Assembly (NCBI GenBank): GCA_963773125.1
Contig: CAVZBC010000079.1
Coordinates: 28,761 to 92,760, forward strand
DNA: 64,000 bases
Direction of reading: 5' to 3'
DNA from: an uncultured Gammaproteobacteria bacterium
Lineage (GTDB): Bacteria > Tectomicrobia > Entotheonellia > Entotheonellales > Entotheonellaceae
Shown: in pieces, positions 39,488 to 50,918 of the stretch
Position numbering within the stretch: the stretch's first letter is position 1
Layout of the letters: each line of letters starts with the position of its first letter
Program-made: the position numbers and the translations under genes
Notes under the pieces: generated by a model
What the model was told of the DNA's origin: nothing
Database searches by the model: none
What the model saw: only the letters and a program-made list of their open reading frames with translations

Positions 39488-40051
39488 TCGTGCTGCAAGG
39501 GGACAGAGCGTAACATAGTATACACCGCGCCGTCGCGATGCAACTGGCTTTGCAGCAGCGACACATGCTCGACAAACATCTCTCCGAAGTGTCGATCACG
39601 ATACGCCTCCAGGACGGTGGTAAGCTGGAGACTGTTCACACGTTGTTGCCCGCGGGCTAGGGTGAGGTGGGGACGAAATGGGCGATTATCCGGCGCGAAG
39701 CCTAAAGGCGTCAGTGCGGTTTCGAGACGCCGATGCAGCGGCTGCAAGGTGTCAGGCGGGGCGTCTACACCCATCCATAAAACCCGTGGGTGAGTCGGGT
39801 TTGGGAAACATCCGAGACTCACGTATGGACATCGTAAACGGCGCCAGAGTTATGACGGCTTGTTGCATGGCGTGTGCGATGGGGTCGATGGTCTCTGGGG
39901 AGATGTCACCGAGAAACTTCAGTGTCAAGTGCACCTGGGCTGGTTTCACCCACCGAAAGGCGAGTGAGCATCTCTGGAGGGCTGCTTGCACGTCCGCAAA
40001 GGATTGTTGCAACGTTACAGGAGGCGTAAGGGCGATAAACGCACGTATCAT
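39484..40051 (-). CDS. thpR: RNA 2',3'-cyclic phosphodiesterase / 2'-5' RNA ligase ThpR (one frameshift)
   Basis: The two HxT motifs lie in separate ORFs: HLTLKFLG (39752..40051) and HLTLARG (39484..39822). The span is 568 nt = 3n+1. Confidence 0.8.
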
Positions 40052-40192
40052 GACGCGTGTATCCAGTGGTATGGCTCACAGGCTGCATGAGAAAGCGAAG
40101 CCAGGAGCAGGAACACCCAACACCGACGATAGAGCCACAGGTCCCAGGCGCAATAGGACAGTCGCCACTCTACCCGCCTGTGGCGACGATTC

Positions 40193-41378
40193 TTACAAAA
40201 CCGTCCTTAATGTGGCGCATTCCTTTACAGCGGCCATAGCACATTCCCGCGCCCATCGATCGGCGTGTATGGCGACACTCGCATCGAGAATCGGTTCTGG
40301 CGTATGTTGTGCCATGGTCGCTTCGATCACGGTCGGAATATCCAGAAAGGCGATAGTCTCGTCGAGAAACGCTTGCACCGCCACTTCGTTCGCTGCATTC
40401 AGCACGGCTGGCATGGTTCCCCCGGCACGGGCGGCATCAAAGGCGAGCTGTAAGCAAGGGAAACGCTGGAAGTCTGGAGGATAAAAACTGAGCGTCTGGA
40501 TGTCGAAGAGATTCAGAGAGGGGAATGTGTTTGGCAGTCGCTCCGGATAGGCCAGGGCATAGGAGATAGGAATACGCATGTCAGGGATACCGAGTTGCGC
40601 CAGTACTGAACCATCATAAAATTCTACCATAGAATGGATAATGCTCTGCGGATGCACGACAACTTGCACCTGTTCGGCCGGCACCTGAAACAGGTGATGC
40701 GCTTCGATAACCTCCAGCCCTTTGTTCATCATCGTTGCAGAGTCGATGGTGATCTTTCGACCCATTTTCCAGTTGGGATGGTTGAGCGCTTCAGCAACGC
40801 TCACATGTTGCATGGCTTCGAGAGAGCGTTCGCGAAAGGGCCCCCCCGAGGCAGTCAGCAGCAGACGACGTAAGGCCGGACGATGATGTCCGTGCAGCGC
40901 TTGAAAAATGGCATTGTGTTCGCTATCGACTGGAATAATCTGGCCCCATGTCGGTTTATCAGGGCGGATGACCAGTTCGCCTGCCATGACCAGGGTCTCT
41001 TTGTTGGCCAAGGCGACGTTGATGCCTGCTTCGACAGCCCGGATGGTGGGTAAGAGTCCAATAGCGCCCACCACGGCTGACATCAACTAGCTCCACACCA
41101 TTGTAGGTCGCAGCGCGGCATAAACCTTCCAGGCCACCATCGACCTCGATGTCGAGACCCTGTAACCGTCGCTCGAGGAGGGCGGCTTTCTCTGCATCGT
41201 ACAAGACTGCAAGCCGTGGACGAAAGCGGCGTGCTTGCTGTTCGATGAGATCAAGGTTTGAGTGGGCTGCGAGCGTTACCACGTCAAATTTGTCGGGATG
41301 CGTAGCGACCACATCTAAGGTATTCACGCCGATTGAGCCTGTAGAACCGAGGACTGCAAGGCCTTTACGGGTGTTCAT
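40193..41378 (-). CDS. dxr: 1-deoxy-D-xylulose 5-phosphate reductoisomerase (one frameshift)
   Basis: The N-terminus LAVLGSTGSIGVNTLDV is in ORF 40959..41378, and the remainder (NKETLVMAGE, DSEHNAIFQ) is in ORF 40193..41086. The span is 1186 nt = 3n+1. Confidence 0.9.
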
Positions 41379-41417
41379 AAGGTCTCCCTCACATCATTCG
41401 TGTCCAGGCATGTCTCC

Positions 41418-42234
41418 TTAGGGCACACGCACGTGAAAGAAGGAATCTACAGCATAAAACAACATGGGAGCAGCAAGCAACACGCTATCAATACGGTCTA
41501 AAATCCCACCATGTCCAGGAATGAGTTCCCCGGAGTCCTTGACCCCTGCATAACGTTTGATAAGCGACTCCCCGAGATCACTGACTTGCGCAGCCATCGA
41601 AATGAGTAACCCAAGTACCACACTGTGCCAGAGCTGCAGATGCGGTACAAGGAGAGGCGCACTGAGTATGGCTGTAAGTATGCAGCCCGCCGCACCCCCA
41701 ATGGCCCCTTCCCACGTTTTGCCAGGACTGATGGTCGGCGCAAGCTTTCGTCGTCCCATCCCCTGCCCTACGTACATCGCCACAGAGTCACCAACCCAAA
41801 TGAGGAGGCAGAGGAAGAAAATATACCACTGCCCCTCGGAAAAATTTCTCAGGAGCACTAGATGACTCAGACTCCAGCCGAGAAAGACTACCCCAAACAG
41901 ACTATGTAACAATGCGGAAAATCGTTGTGTACCGCACTGTGACGGTAACAGGGCACGCAGCGTGAGTATCATGATACTGCCAGACAGAGCCAAAGGTAGC
42001 CAGACTTTGCCGCCAAGATAGGCGACGAGTACTAAGGAAGCCGCCACGGCATAACTGACCTTTGGATAGAAAGGCACCTGGATCAGCGCGAGCATGTGGA
42101 AATATTCCCGTAAACTCAGCGTGAGCAGCGCCAGAGTGAAAAGCAGAAACAGCTGCTGCAGGGGCGTAATAGAGAAACAGTAGGAGCGGAGGAAGAATTA
42201 CTGCAGCACTGGTAACACGCTTGAAATGTTCCAT
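41418..42234 (-). CDS. cdsA: Phosphatidate cytidylyltransferase CdsA (one frameshift)
   Basis: The C-terminal signature (SDLGESLIKRYAGVKDSGELIPGHGGILDRIDS) is in ORF 41418..42095. The N-terminal TMs are in ORF 41902..42282, with the likely start at MEHFKRV. The span is 817 nt = 3n+1. Confidence 0.85.
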
Positions 42235-42329
42235 GGGTTGTCCACACGGACTCCCTACACGACGTTTACGGAGAAACAACAAAACAATTCCCCAGGCATC
42301 TCCAGAGACATGCAGATGATCCCCCGATG

Positions 42330-43150
42330 TCAGGACTGCATAGCTTGTAGCAGTTGTTCGTGCGTCAAACCGAAGCGCCGTTCACGTTTCTGATAATCGA
42401 GCAGCGCCAGTAAAAGATCATCGCTACGGAAGTCAGGCCATAGTACTGATGTGAAGTACAGTTCGGCGTATGCGGATTGCCAGAGCAGAAAATTGCTCAG
42501 GCGAATTTCTCCACTGGTACGGATGAGGAGATCTACGTCGGGAGACCAGCGGTGTCAAGGGAGGCAGCAAAGAGTGATTCATCGATATCGTCAACGCGCA
42601 GTCGACCTTCTTGTATCTGACGCGCTAAACGCCGGGCAGTCCGCACAATTTCAGCATGGGAACCATAGCCCAAGGCTAAGGTAAAGACCATGCCATCGCA
42701 GGCCGCCGTCCGCCCAATGGTCTCTGCGACAAGGAGTTGTATAGAGCGCGGTAGCGTCCCAATATCGCCAATGGTGTTGAAACGAATATTCTCCTGGCAC
42801 ATGCGTTCGACTTCTTTGCGGAGAAAGTGCCGCAGAATACGGACAAGCACTGCGACCTCTGCCCGAGGGCGCTCCAGGTTTTCAGTGGACAGCGCAAAGA
42901 GGGTGAGGGCTTGAATACCCAGACGACGACAGGTTGTGACAATCTCATCGACGGATTTTACACCGGCTCGATGGCCAGCATTGCGAGGCAAATGACGACG
43001 CTGTGCCCAACGCCCGTTGCCGTCCATCACGATCGCGAGATGTTTGGGAAGCCTATCCTTGTTGAGCTGGCTGAGCAGCGTTGGATCCAACCTTTGCCTC
43101 TCCTTGTGGGATGTCTCAAGAGGGATAGTTGCAAGACGCCCTTGCTGCAT
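42330..43150 (-). CDS. uppS: Undecaprenyl-diphosphate synthase UppS (one frameshift near the 3' third)
   Basis: [13 protein letters not shown] is in ORF 42533..43150. My own translation of 42330-42540 in another frame gives [46 protein letters not shown]. The span is 821 nt = 3n-1. Confidence 0.85.
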
Positions 43151-43315
43151 GCGTTACTGAGAGCGCAGTCCTGAAGCACGCAAGGACACAAAGAAGTACT
43201 CAGAGTATACCTGCTAGAAACTCCGAAGTCTCTCCTGTCTATATCGGTCATTCTTGACAGAAACTTGAATCCCTGGGGTGATGGCAGTGCAGAAAGCGTT
43301 GGGAGCCTGTCCTCC

Positions 43316-43874
43316 TTAGACTTCCATGACTTCACGTTCTTTGACCTGTAGGAGTTCGTCAACTTTGGTAATAAAACCATCGGTAATTTTCTGAACGTGT
43401 TCTTGACCGCGGCGGAGATCATCCTCGGTAATCTCCTTGGCCTTTTCTTGCACTTTCAGCGAGTCGTTCCCTTCCCGCCGTATATTGCGGAGGGCAATTT
43501 TGGTCTCCTCACCAATTCTCTTGACCTGTTTCACCAAGTCCTTGCGACGCTCTTCCGTCAGTGGCGGGATAGCCAGACGAATCAGTTTACCATCGTTGAC
43601 TGGAGTTAATCCGAGGTCAGAACGTTGTATGGCTTTCTCTATGATGCCCAATTGCGATTTATCCCAGGGTTGAATACTAATCAGACGACTTTCCGGGACA
43701 GTCAATGTCGCCAGCTGATTGAGGGGGGTCGGCGTGCCATAGTAGTCGACCACTATGCCATCGAGCAGGGCGAGAGATGCTCTGCCGGTACGGATACGTG
43801 ACAGATCTCTGCCAAGCGTAGCGATGGAGCGTATCCATCTTCTGCTCAACTTCTTGGTATGTTTCTTCAAGCAT
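43316..43874 (-). CDS. frr: Ribosome recycling factor (one frameshift near the 5' end)
   Basis: [14 protein letters not shown] (ATG 43872-43874) is in one frame, then [38 protein letters not shown] in ORF 43316..43870. The span is 559 nt = 3n+1, which gives 185 aa. Confidence 0.9.
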
Positions 43875-43876
43875 GC

Positions 43877-44620
43877 TTATTCCCCTCTTACAAAAGTCCC
43901 AATACGCTTGCCTTCCAAGATCGACTGAATGCTGCCGGATTTTTTGAAATCGAACACAACAATGGGTAACTGATTTTCCATACAGAGGGAAATCGCCGTA
44001 GCGTCCATCACTTTCAAGCCACGCTGTAGCACGTCGAGATAGGTCAACTGTTGCAATTTTACCGCTTCCGGATGAATCATAGGGTCCGCATCGTAGATGC
44101 CATCCACTTTTGTCGCTTTGAGGATGATTTCCGCACCAATTTCCGCAGCGCGGAGGGCAGCGGTGGTATCCGTGGTGAAATATGGATTGCCTGTCCCACC
44201 AGCAAAGATGATCACCCGCCCTTTTTCGAGATGACGAATGGCACGTCGACGGATATAGGGTTCGGCGAAGGCCCGCATTTCAAAAGATGTTTGTACCCTG
44301 GTAATCACGCCGACTTTTTCGAGGGCCGACTGGAGGGAGAGTCCATTAATGACCGTTGCCAGCATGCCCATATAGTCGGCCGTGACTCGTTCGATGCCGT
44401 ACACGCTCGCTTCTGTGCCGCGGAAGATATTCCCCCCCCCAATGACGAGAGCAAGTTGCCCCCCTAATTGATGGGCAGCATGAATCTCGCTGGCAATATA
44501 CTGCAGCATATCAGCATCAATGCCATACCCCTGCTTGCCCATGAGCGCTTCACCGCTCAGTTTGAGGAGAATTCGGTGGTAGGTGAGCGTTGGCACGTTG
44601 GCGGCTCCTTCTTGGGACAT
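43877..44620 (-). CDS. pyrH: UMP kinase
   Basis: 247-aa intact ORF with the motifs [21 protein letters not shown] and [15 protein letters not shown]. Confidence 0.95.
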   Translation of the reverse strand: MSQEGAANVPTLTYHRILLKLSGEALMGKQGYGIDADMLQYIASEIHAAHQLGGQLALVIGGGNIFRGTEASVYGIERVTADYMGMLATVINGLSLQSALEKVGVITRVQTSFEMRAFAEPYIRRRAIRHLEKGRVIIFAGGTGNPYFTTDTTAALRAAEIGAEIILKATKVDGIYDADPMIHPEAVKLQQLTYLDVLQRGLKVMDATAISLCMENQLPIVVFDFKKSGSIQSILEGKRIGTFVRGE

Positions 44621-44646
44621 GGAAAGAGGGGGAGTCGAGGGAATAG

Positions 44647-45247
44647 TTACGACGTTTCTCCTAGTACGAAGCGGGTAAAGCGACTCACAGTAATGTTCTC
44701 ACCAGTCTTGGCAATTTTCGCTTTGATGAGAGCGTCCACTGTTGCATCAGGGTCCTTCACAAACGGTTGTTCTAGCAGACAGACCTCCTGGAAATATTTT
44801 TCGAGACGCCCTTCAACAATCTTGGGGAGGATGTTGCTCTGGTCGTCCTGCCGCGCGGGCTTGTTCCTCCAAAATACTGCGCTCTTTCGCCAGCATTTCT
44901 TCAGGAACGTCTTGGCGAGACACATAGAGTGGATTGCTGGCGGCTACCTGCATGGCAATGTCACGAACGAGTTCCTGGAATTCGTCTGTGCGGGCAACAA
45001 AGTCCGTTTCACAATTGACTTCCACGAGGACTCCTAAACGTCCTCCCCCGTGAATATACGAACCAACCGCCCCTTCACGGGTCGCCTTGGCACTGCGCTT
45101 CGCTGCGGCTTGCAAGCCTTTCTTCCGTAGATAGTCAATGGCTTGTTCTACTGAACCATCGGAGGCGGCGAGGGCTTCCTTGCAATCCATGATGCCCGCC
45201 CCGGTCTTGTCGCGCAGTTCTTTCACCATGCCTGAGGTGATCTGCAT
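44647..45247 (-). CDS. tsf: Elongation factor Ts, short (~199 aa) form (one frameshift)
   Basis: The N-terminal UBA-like domain ([27 protein letters not shown]) is in ORF 44813..45247. The C-terminal part ([23 protein letters not shown]) is in ORF 44647..44925. The span is 601 nt = 3n+1. Confidence 0.9.
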
Positions 45248-45275
45248 CGCGTTCTCCCTTTCGAGGGCTTCGCCC

Positions 45276-46121
45276 TCATTCGTCTCGGTCGGCAGGTGCT
45301 GCAGGGTCGGAAGCCAGCGGCATCTCAGCAGAGGCTATAGATTCCATCGGCGTGTCATCCTCCGAGAGACTGATGGCACTTTCTGCGGAAAGTGGTGGCG
45401 CTTCTGTTGGCACGTCTGCAGCCGGGAGATGGGCTTGGTGCTCGTGCATTCCTTCGATCGCAGCATCGGCAAGTTTCGCGGTAATGAGCCGGAGGGCACG
45501 AATAGCATCGTCGTTGCCCGGAATGACAAAGTCGATGTCGTCCGGGTCGCAGTTGGTATCGACAATGGCAATCGTAGGAATCCGCAGCTTTTTTGCCTCG
45601 CTAATAGCGATACGTTCTTTTTTGCAGTCAATGACAAACACCGCACTGGGTAGGGCATCCATATCTTTGATGCCGCCCAATATCTTTTCCAACTTGTTCA
45701 TCTTTTTCTGCAGCCCGAGGGCTTCCTTCTTGAGCAAGCTCTCCCAGGCGCCTGATTCTTGCATCTGCTCGTATTCTTTGAGGCGGTTAAGACCTTGCTT
45801 GACGGTCGCAAAGTTCGTCAGCGTGCCGCCCAGCCAGCGCTGGTTGACATAGAATTGCTGGGACCGCACGGCCTCACTCGAAACAATATCCTGGGCCTGC
45901 TTCTTCGTCCCGACAAACAGGACTCTGCCTCCACGGGCTGTGGTATTGCGCACAAACTCATAGGCCTCGCGAAAGCGATTGAGAGTCTGTTGCAAGTCAA
46001 TGATGTAAATACCATTACGAGAGCCGAAGAGGAAACGTTTCATCTTCGGATTCCACCGATTTGTCTGATGGCCAAAATGTGCCCCAGATTCTAAAAGCTG
46101 CCTGAGAGTTATAACTGCCAA
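45276..46121 (-). CDS. rpsB: 30S ribosomal protein S2 (with a ~40-aa acidic/Pro-rich C-terminal tail)
   Basis: [19 protein letters not shown] is present. The start is TTG, preceded by GGTAGGAGGTG. Confidence 0.95.
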   Translation of the reverse strand: MAVITLRQLLESGAHFGHQTNRWNPKMKRFLFGSRNGIYIIDLQQTLNRFREAYEFVRNTTARGGRVLFVGTKKQAQDIVSSEAVRSQQFYVNQRWLGGTLTNFATVKQGLNRLKEYEQMQESGAWESLLKKEALGLQKKMNKLEKILGGIKDMDALPSAVFVIDCKKERIAISEAKKLRIPTIAIVDTNCDPDDIDFVIPGNDDAIRALRLITAKLADAAIEGMHEHQAHLPAADVPTEAPPLSAESAISLSEDDTPMESIASAEMPLASDPAAPADRDE

Positions 46122-46206
46122 GGGATATCACCTCCTACCACTGCCAGCGCTCGCCAGCGACGATTGGCGCACAATGGGCTGCGAAGTTCCAGACCTATAC
46201 ACTCGC

Positions 46207-46602
46207 CTAACGCTTGGAGTATTGGAAGCGTTTACGAGCTTTCTTTTGACCATACTTCTTGCGTTCTTTGACACGTGGATCACGTGTTAAGAAACCGGCC
46301 TGTTTGAGGATGGGACGTAGCGTTTCATCCGTTTGAAGTAACGCTTTTGAGATGCCATGCCGGAGGGCACTCGCCTGGCCGGACAAACCACCGCCCCGCA
46401 CCGTTGCAAGGACATCAAACCGACCTAATGTATTCGTCAGACGTAGCGGCTCCTGCGCTGTCCTCTGGTAGGTGTCAAGCGGGAAGTGGGCCGCAAAAGG
46501 TCGCCGATTGACCGTGATAGTCCCACTGCCTGGCATCAACCAAACACGGGCAATGGCTGACTTGCGTTTGCCCGTTTCGTAGTATCGTACTGCTTCTGCC
46601 AT
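46207..46602 (-). CDS. rpsI: 30S ribosomal protein S9
   Basis: [16 protein letters not shown]...[12 protein letters not shown]. The start is taken at MAEAVRYY. Confidence 0.95.
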   Translation of the reverse strand: MAEAVRYYETGKRKSAIARVWLMPGSGTITVNRRPFAAHFPLDTYQRTAQEPLRLTNTLGRFDVLATVRGGGLSGQASALRHGISKALLQTDETLRPILKQAGFLTRDPRVKERKKYGQKKARKRFQYSKR

Positions 46603-46665
46603 CCTGCCTCCACGCAATAAATGCCCCACCATATCAGACAGCAACGGGACTTCCGTCGTTCTTCA

Positions 46666-47097
46666 TCAAGACAACTGCAAAGGTTCAGGGCGTTGGGCCG
46701 CATGCGGATGGGTACTGGAGGCGTAGACCTTGAGCTTCCGTATCATGGCCGCTCCTAGCTTACTCTTTGGGAGCATGCCTCGCACCGCCAGTTCAATAAT
46801 CCGCTCCGGGTGCTGTTGCCGCATTTTCTCCGCCACGGTTTCGCGAAAACCTCCTGGGTAGCCGGTATGCCAACGGTAGGTTTTTTGCTGCCATTTTTTC
46901 CCCGTCAGCGTGACCTTCTCAGCGTTCACCACGATGACAAAGTCTCCTGTATCGACATGCGGCGTAAAAAACGGCTTGTGTTTGCCACGGAGGATTTTGG
47001 CAACCTCACTGGCAAGACGGCCCAGGACGAGATTTTCCGCATCGATAACGTACCACTTGCGTGTAACATCTTCTTTACGGATGGAAAGAGTCCGCAT
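46666..47097 (-). CDS. rplM: 50S ribosomal protein L13
   Basis: [42 protein letters not shown]. Confidence 0.95.
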   Translation of the reverse strand: MRTLSIRKEDVTRKWYVIDAENLVLGRLASEVAKILRGKHKPFFTPHVDTGDFVIVVNAEKVTLTGKKWQQKTYRWHTGYPGGFRETVAEKMRQQHPERIIELAVRGMLPKSKLGAAMIRKLKVYASSTHPHAAQRPEPLQLS

Positions 47098-47218
47098 TAT
47101 ACCTACTCCAGACGAACGACCAATACTTACGCTGTGAACGTAGCAAAGCATAGGAAGCACGCGCCTGTTTGTCAAGGATACATTCCTATGGTTTCTGCCA
47201 CTACCCACTCCGTGACAC

Positions 47219-47602
47219 TCAATAAGAAAAATACCCTGGCGGACTAAAAGCCGCAGGGATATGCACCACCTCAGGGTTGCCGTGCGGCCCGAGCGTGACG
47301 GCTATGACATCAAAGCGTAGCGCTACCCCTTGTATTGCCTGCTGTTGCACATACGTCATGGCCGCATAGACGATCTTTTGTTGTTTACGAGTATCCACCA
47401 TCGCCTGCGGCGCCCCAAAAGCCATGTGGCCTTTGGTCTTCACCTCGATAAAGACCAGCGTAGGTCCGTCCCAGGCGATGATATCAATCTCACCACGGCG
47501 ACAACGGTAATTCTGTTGTTGGATGCGGTATCCCTGCCCTTGGAGGTGTGCCAGGGCGAGATCTTCACCACGTTGTCCACGTTGCCGGCGCCATAGACTC
47601 AT
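47219..47602 (-). CDS. yraN: YraN family (UPF0102) endonuclease-like protein
   Basis: [45 protein letters not shown]. Confidence 0.85.
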   Translation of the reverse strand: MSLWRRQRGQRGEDLALAHLQGQGYRIQQQNYRCRRGEIDIIAWDGPTLVFIEVKTKGHMAFGAPQAMVDTRKQQKIVYAAMTYVQQQAIQGVALRFDVIAVTLGPHGNPEVVHIPAAFSPPGYFSY

Positions 47603-47610
47603 GAGATGAC

Positions 47611-48258
47611 CTACTGGTGCTCCTGTGGGCTGCAGGGCAGTGGCAGAACGCCTCGAAAACTCCGACGGTGAATGGCACAAGGGCCATAGCGCTGTAAACG
47701 CGCGTAGTGTTCGCGAGTCGGGTAGCCTTTATGTCGCTCAAAACCGTAGAGCGGATAGTGTTGGGCATAGTCGCTCATCAGTCGATCTCGCGTGACTTTC
47801 GCTACGATAGAGGCCGCCGCAATCGAGGCACAGCAGGCATCTCCGCCAACGATCGTCTGTTGCGACACGGCCATGGGTAAACCTTGCGAGCCATCGATGA
47901 GCAGGAGTTCCGGCCCCAAGGTTAGCTGCCGAATCGCCTGCATCATGGCTTGTTTTGTTGCCCACAAGATGTTGTGGCGATCGATCTGATCATGCGTCAC
48001 GATACCAATACCATACGCTAGTGCACGGTGGTGAATGTCGGGAAACACTGTCTCGCGCTGGTGCGCTGTCAGACGTTTAGAGTCTTGTAGACCCACAGGG
48101 GTATCGCCAGGGCACAAGATAACCGCCGCGGCGACAACTGGGCCAGCTAAAGGACCACGACCAGCTTCATCTATACCAGCAATATACCTGTAACCGGCGG
48201 TCTGGGCGTCTCTCTCAAAGGGTCGGAATGTGTGCGATGCAGCCAGACGGCGTCCCAT
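47611..48258 (-). CDS. rnhB: Ribonuclease HII
   Basis: IAGIDEAGRGPLAGPVVAAAV, DSKRLT and ASIVAKVTRD. Confidence 0.9.
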   Translation of the reverse strand: MGRRLAASHTFRPFERDAQTAGYRYIAGIDEAGRGPLAGPVVAAAVILCPGDTPVGLQDSKRLTAHQRETVFPDIHHRALAYGIGIVTHDQIDRHNILWATKQAMMQAIRQLTLGPELLLIDGSQGLPMAVSQQTIVGGDACCASIAAASIVAKVTRDRLMSDYAQHYPLYGFERHKGYPTREHYARLQRYGPCAIHRRSFRGVLPLPCSPQEHQ

Positions 48259-48278
48259 CTTGCCTCCCCTACCCTGCT

Positions 48279-48626
48279 CTAGTTGAGGCGTCTCTCCTTA
48301 ATACGGGCAGCCCTGCCGCGCAGTTTACGCAGATAAAAGAGTTTGGCCCGCCGTACACGTCCCCGCCGCACCAGTTGGAGGGCATCGATTTTGGGCGAAT
48401 GCAGCGGAAAAATGCGTTCGACGCCGATCCCGTAGGACACCTTACGCACCGTGAAGGTCCGACGTAGACCGCAGCCTTGTATCGCAATAACGATGCCTTC
48501 GAACGCCTGTATCCGTTCTCTCGTCCCTTCAACGATACGAACGTGGACACGCAGTGTATCTCCCGGACGAAACTCTGGGAGATCTTGCTTCATCTGCATT
48601 TTGTCAATATGCGCTAGCTGATGCAT
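48279..48626 (-). CDS. rplS: 50S ribosomal protein L19
   Basis: [33 protein letters not shown]. Confidence 0.95.
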   Translation of the reverse strand: MHQLAHIDKMQMKQDLPEFRPGDTLRVHVRIVEGTRERIQAFEGIVIAIQGCGLRRTFTVRKVSYGIGVERIFPLHSPKIDALQLVRRGRVRRAKLFYLRKLRGRAARIKERRLN

Positions 48627-48645
48627 ATTTCAGAATCCTCTCTTC

Positions 48646-49254
48646 TCAAACGTCAGGGGCAGCCACGGGTTGCAAGGGGATGTTCGGTAATCCCAGTAAC
48701 CGATCGAGCATGATACCAGCCGCTACACGAACCGGGAGATGATTGTATGATGTAGGGCCATAAATCGGATCCAAAATATATTCACAGCGGGTAATCAGTT
48801 CTTCCGCGAGTCCCCAGCCAGTACCGAGGAGCAATAAAAACACTGCATTATGCCCCCAGAGTATGTCACGGAACGCCGCATAAGAAATCCTCCCGGGAAA
48901 TGGGCGAGCGTCCGTGGCAATGTAGCGTGGTGTGGCTCCACAACGCTGCACGATATCGTGTTCAAGGGCTTCTAAACTCTCAACAATATGGAGATGATGC
49001 AACGCTTCCGCACGGGTAGGATTGTACACGGCACCATACCCTTGCGTCCAGTGGGCAATCATATGTTGCGCTAACTCTTGTTGACGCCGCAGCGGCGTGA
49101 CAACGTAGCAGCCTTGGGTGCCATAGGTCACGGTGAGGCGCGCAAGATCATGCAGGTTCAAGGTGGTAAGGGAGGTCGCAACCACCTGTCGGGTTTTGTT
49201 ATACACGGGGAAGTGGACGAGAGCCACAAATAATTTTGGCCTTGCCGTCCCCAT
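48646..49254 (-). CDS. Predicted SPOUT-type RNA methyltransferase-like protein (COG4752 / Methyltrn_RNA_4-like)
   Basis: 202-aa ORF inserted between trmD and rplS. From memory, its pattern LVHFPVYNKTRQVVATSLTTLNLHDLARLTVTYG...VVTPL matches that family. The assignment is not verified by a search. Confidence 0.5.
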   Translation of the reverse strand: MGTARPKLFVALVHFPVYNKTRQVVATSLTTLNLHDLARLTVTYGTQGCYVVTPLRRQQELAQHMIAHWTQGYGAVYNPTRAEALHHLHIVESLEALEHDIVQRCGATPRYIATDARPFPGRISYAAFRDILWGHNAVFLLLLGTGWGLAEELITRCEYILDPIYGPTSYNHLPVRVAAGIMLDRLLGLPNIPLQPVAAPDV

Positions 49255-49259
49255 ACTGG

Positions 49260-49991
49260 TCAGCCCCGCTGTTTGTGTAACTCTCGTAATGTCGCGACAT
49301 CTGGCTCGGAAAGCGGCACCCGCTGCAACAGGTCAGGACGGCGTTCAAGAGTCGTTTTGAGCGATTGTCGGCGTCGCCACTTGGCAATAGCAGTGTGGTT
49401 TCCTGACAGCAATACCTCCGGCACGCGCCGCCCTGCATACTCCGCCGGGCGGGTATATTGGGGGCCTTGCAACAGATGATTGAATAACGAGTCCTCTACC
49501 ACCGACCGCGGATCACCAATGACTTCTGGGATCATCCGTCCGACAGCGTCGACAAGGACCATGGCGGGCAGTTCACCGCCCGTGAGAATGTAGTCGCCGA
49601 TGGAAATTTCAGTGTCGACATACTGCTGCACGCGCGCATCGACACCGCCATAGCGTCCACAAATGAGGAGCAAGCGTTCCTGCTGAGCGAGAGATCGTAC
49701 GAGGTCCTGGGTCAATAGCGCGCCTTGGGGACTCAGCAAAACTACGTAGGCCGGTCCAAAACGGGCCTGTATGTCGTGGAGACCCTTGACAATGGGCTCC
49801 GGTTTCATGATCATGCCGGCACCGCCGCCATAAGGGGCGTCGTCTGTGACACGGTGGCGGTCCGCCGTAAAATCTCGAATGTTGTGCAGATGGAGGCAGA
49901 GTAAGCTGCGCTCCTGGGCCCGCTGCAAAATACTGCCCTCAAGGGGGGAAGCAAACATTTCTGGAAAAATGGTCAGGATATGAATGTCCAT
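49260..49991 (-). CDS. trmD: tRNA (guanine37-N1)-methyltransferase
   Basis: MDIHILTIFPEMF, DDAPYGGGAGM and GRYGGVDAR. Confidence 0.95.
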   Translation of the reverse strand: MDIHILTIFPEMFASPLEGSILQRAQERSLLCLHLHNIRDFTADRHRVTDDAPYGGGAGMIMKPEPIVKGLHDIQARFGPAYVVLLSPQGALLTQDLVRSLAQQERLLLICGRYGGVDARVQQYVDTEISIGDYILTGGELPAMVLVDAVGRMIPEVIGDPRSVVEDSLFNHLLQGPQYTRPAEYAGRRVPEVLLSGNHTAIAKWRRRQSLKTTLERRPDLLQRVPLSEPDVATLRELHKQRG

Positions 49992-49999
49992 AGTACAGA

Positions 50000-50521
50000 C
50001 TACTCAAGAATCCCTAGCTCAGGAAAAAGGTGCATGCTGCCCTGCACCAGATCAATGGCCCGCACGACATCTTTGAGGGCTGGGATAAGCACTTCGCGCG
50101 CACCGTGGCGCACTACATAGACGTCATTACTCCCGGTGTAGATGATGTCGGCGATAGTGCCGAGGTATTGACCATCGCTTGCATACACAGCGAGTCCCTC
50201 AATCTCGAACCAATAGTATTCCCCCGGCGGCAAGGGAGGAAACCAGTGGCGAGGAATCAACACTTCCCATTCTCGCAGAGCTTCGGCATGCCTGACGTCA
50301 TGACACTCATTGAGGCGCAACAGCAGGCGTTGCTTGATTGCTCGCCAATCGACGACCCAACGCTCTTGTTTCTTGTCCTTGCCCTGTCGCAGGAGGAGGG
50401 GTTGGTCGGTGAGGTCGGGGAGCAGCGTGAGATCGTATACATACGGCAGCATAACGACCTCCCCATGGAGTCCGTGAGGTTTGGTTAAACGGCCGATGGC
50501 AATGAAGGCCTCTTGTTGCAT
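50000..50521 (-). CDS. rimM: 16S rRNA processing protein RimM
   Basis: IAIGRLTKPHGLHGEV with a PRC-barrel C-terminus. It has the operon position between rpsP and trmD. Confidence 0.9.
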   Translation of the reverse strand: MQQEAFIAIGRLTKPHGLHGEVVMLPYVYDLTLLPDLTDQPLLLRQGKDKKQERWVVDWRAIKQRLLLRLNECHDVRHAEALREWEVLIPRHWFPPLPPGEYYWFEIEGLAVYASDGQYLGTIADIIYTGSNDVYVVRHGAREVLIPALKDVVRAIDLVQGSMHLFPELGILE

Positions 50522-50629
50522 TCTCCCCCTCGTCTTCTCCCTTACATACGCCTCAACCAGGCCAGGTAATGATACCCTCCACGAACAGCCACGAGTAGCA
50601 GACTACACGACAATGATAACGAGGTGAGG

Positions 50630-50878
50630 TCAAGAGTTCATAATTCCTTGACGCGAGAAAATGTCCCTGACAGTCTCAGAAGGTAAGGCTCCCTGGGACA
50701 GCCAGAGACGGACTCGGTCAAGCTTTACATGAACTTCGGCCGGATTGGCAAGGGGGTTATACGTCCCCAGGGTTTCAATAAACCGACCGTCACGCGGTGA
50801 GCGGGAATCTGCCACCACGATACGATAAAATGGACGCTTTTTTGCTCCGATACGTTTTAAACGAATACGAACGGCCAC
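50630..50878 (-). CDS. rpsP: 30S ribosomal protein S16
   Basis: [35 protein letters not shown]. Confidence 0.95.
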   Translation of the reverse strand: MAVRIRLKRIGAKKRPFYRIVVADSRSPRDGRFIETLGTYNPLANPAEVHVKLDRVRLWLSQGALPSETVRDIFSRQGIMNS

Positions 50879-50918
50879 GGGATATTTCCTCTCTTTCCTA
50901 CAACAGTGCCATGAGGTC

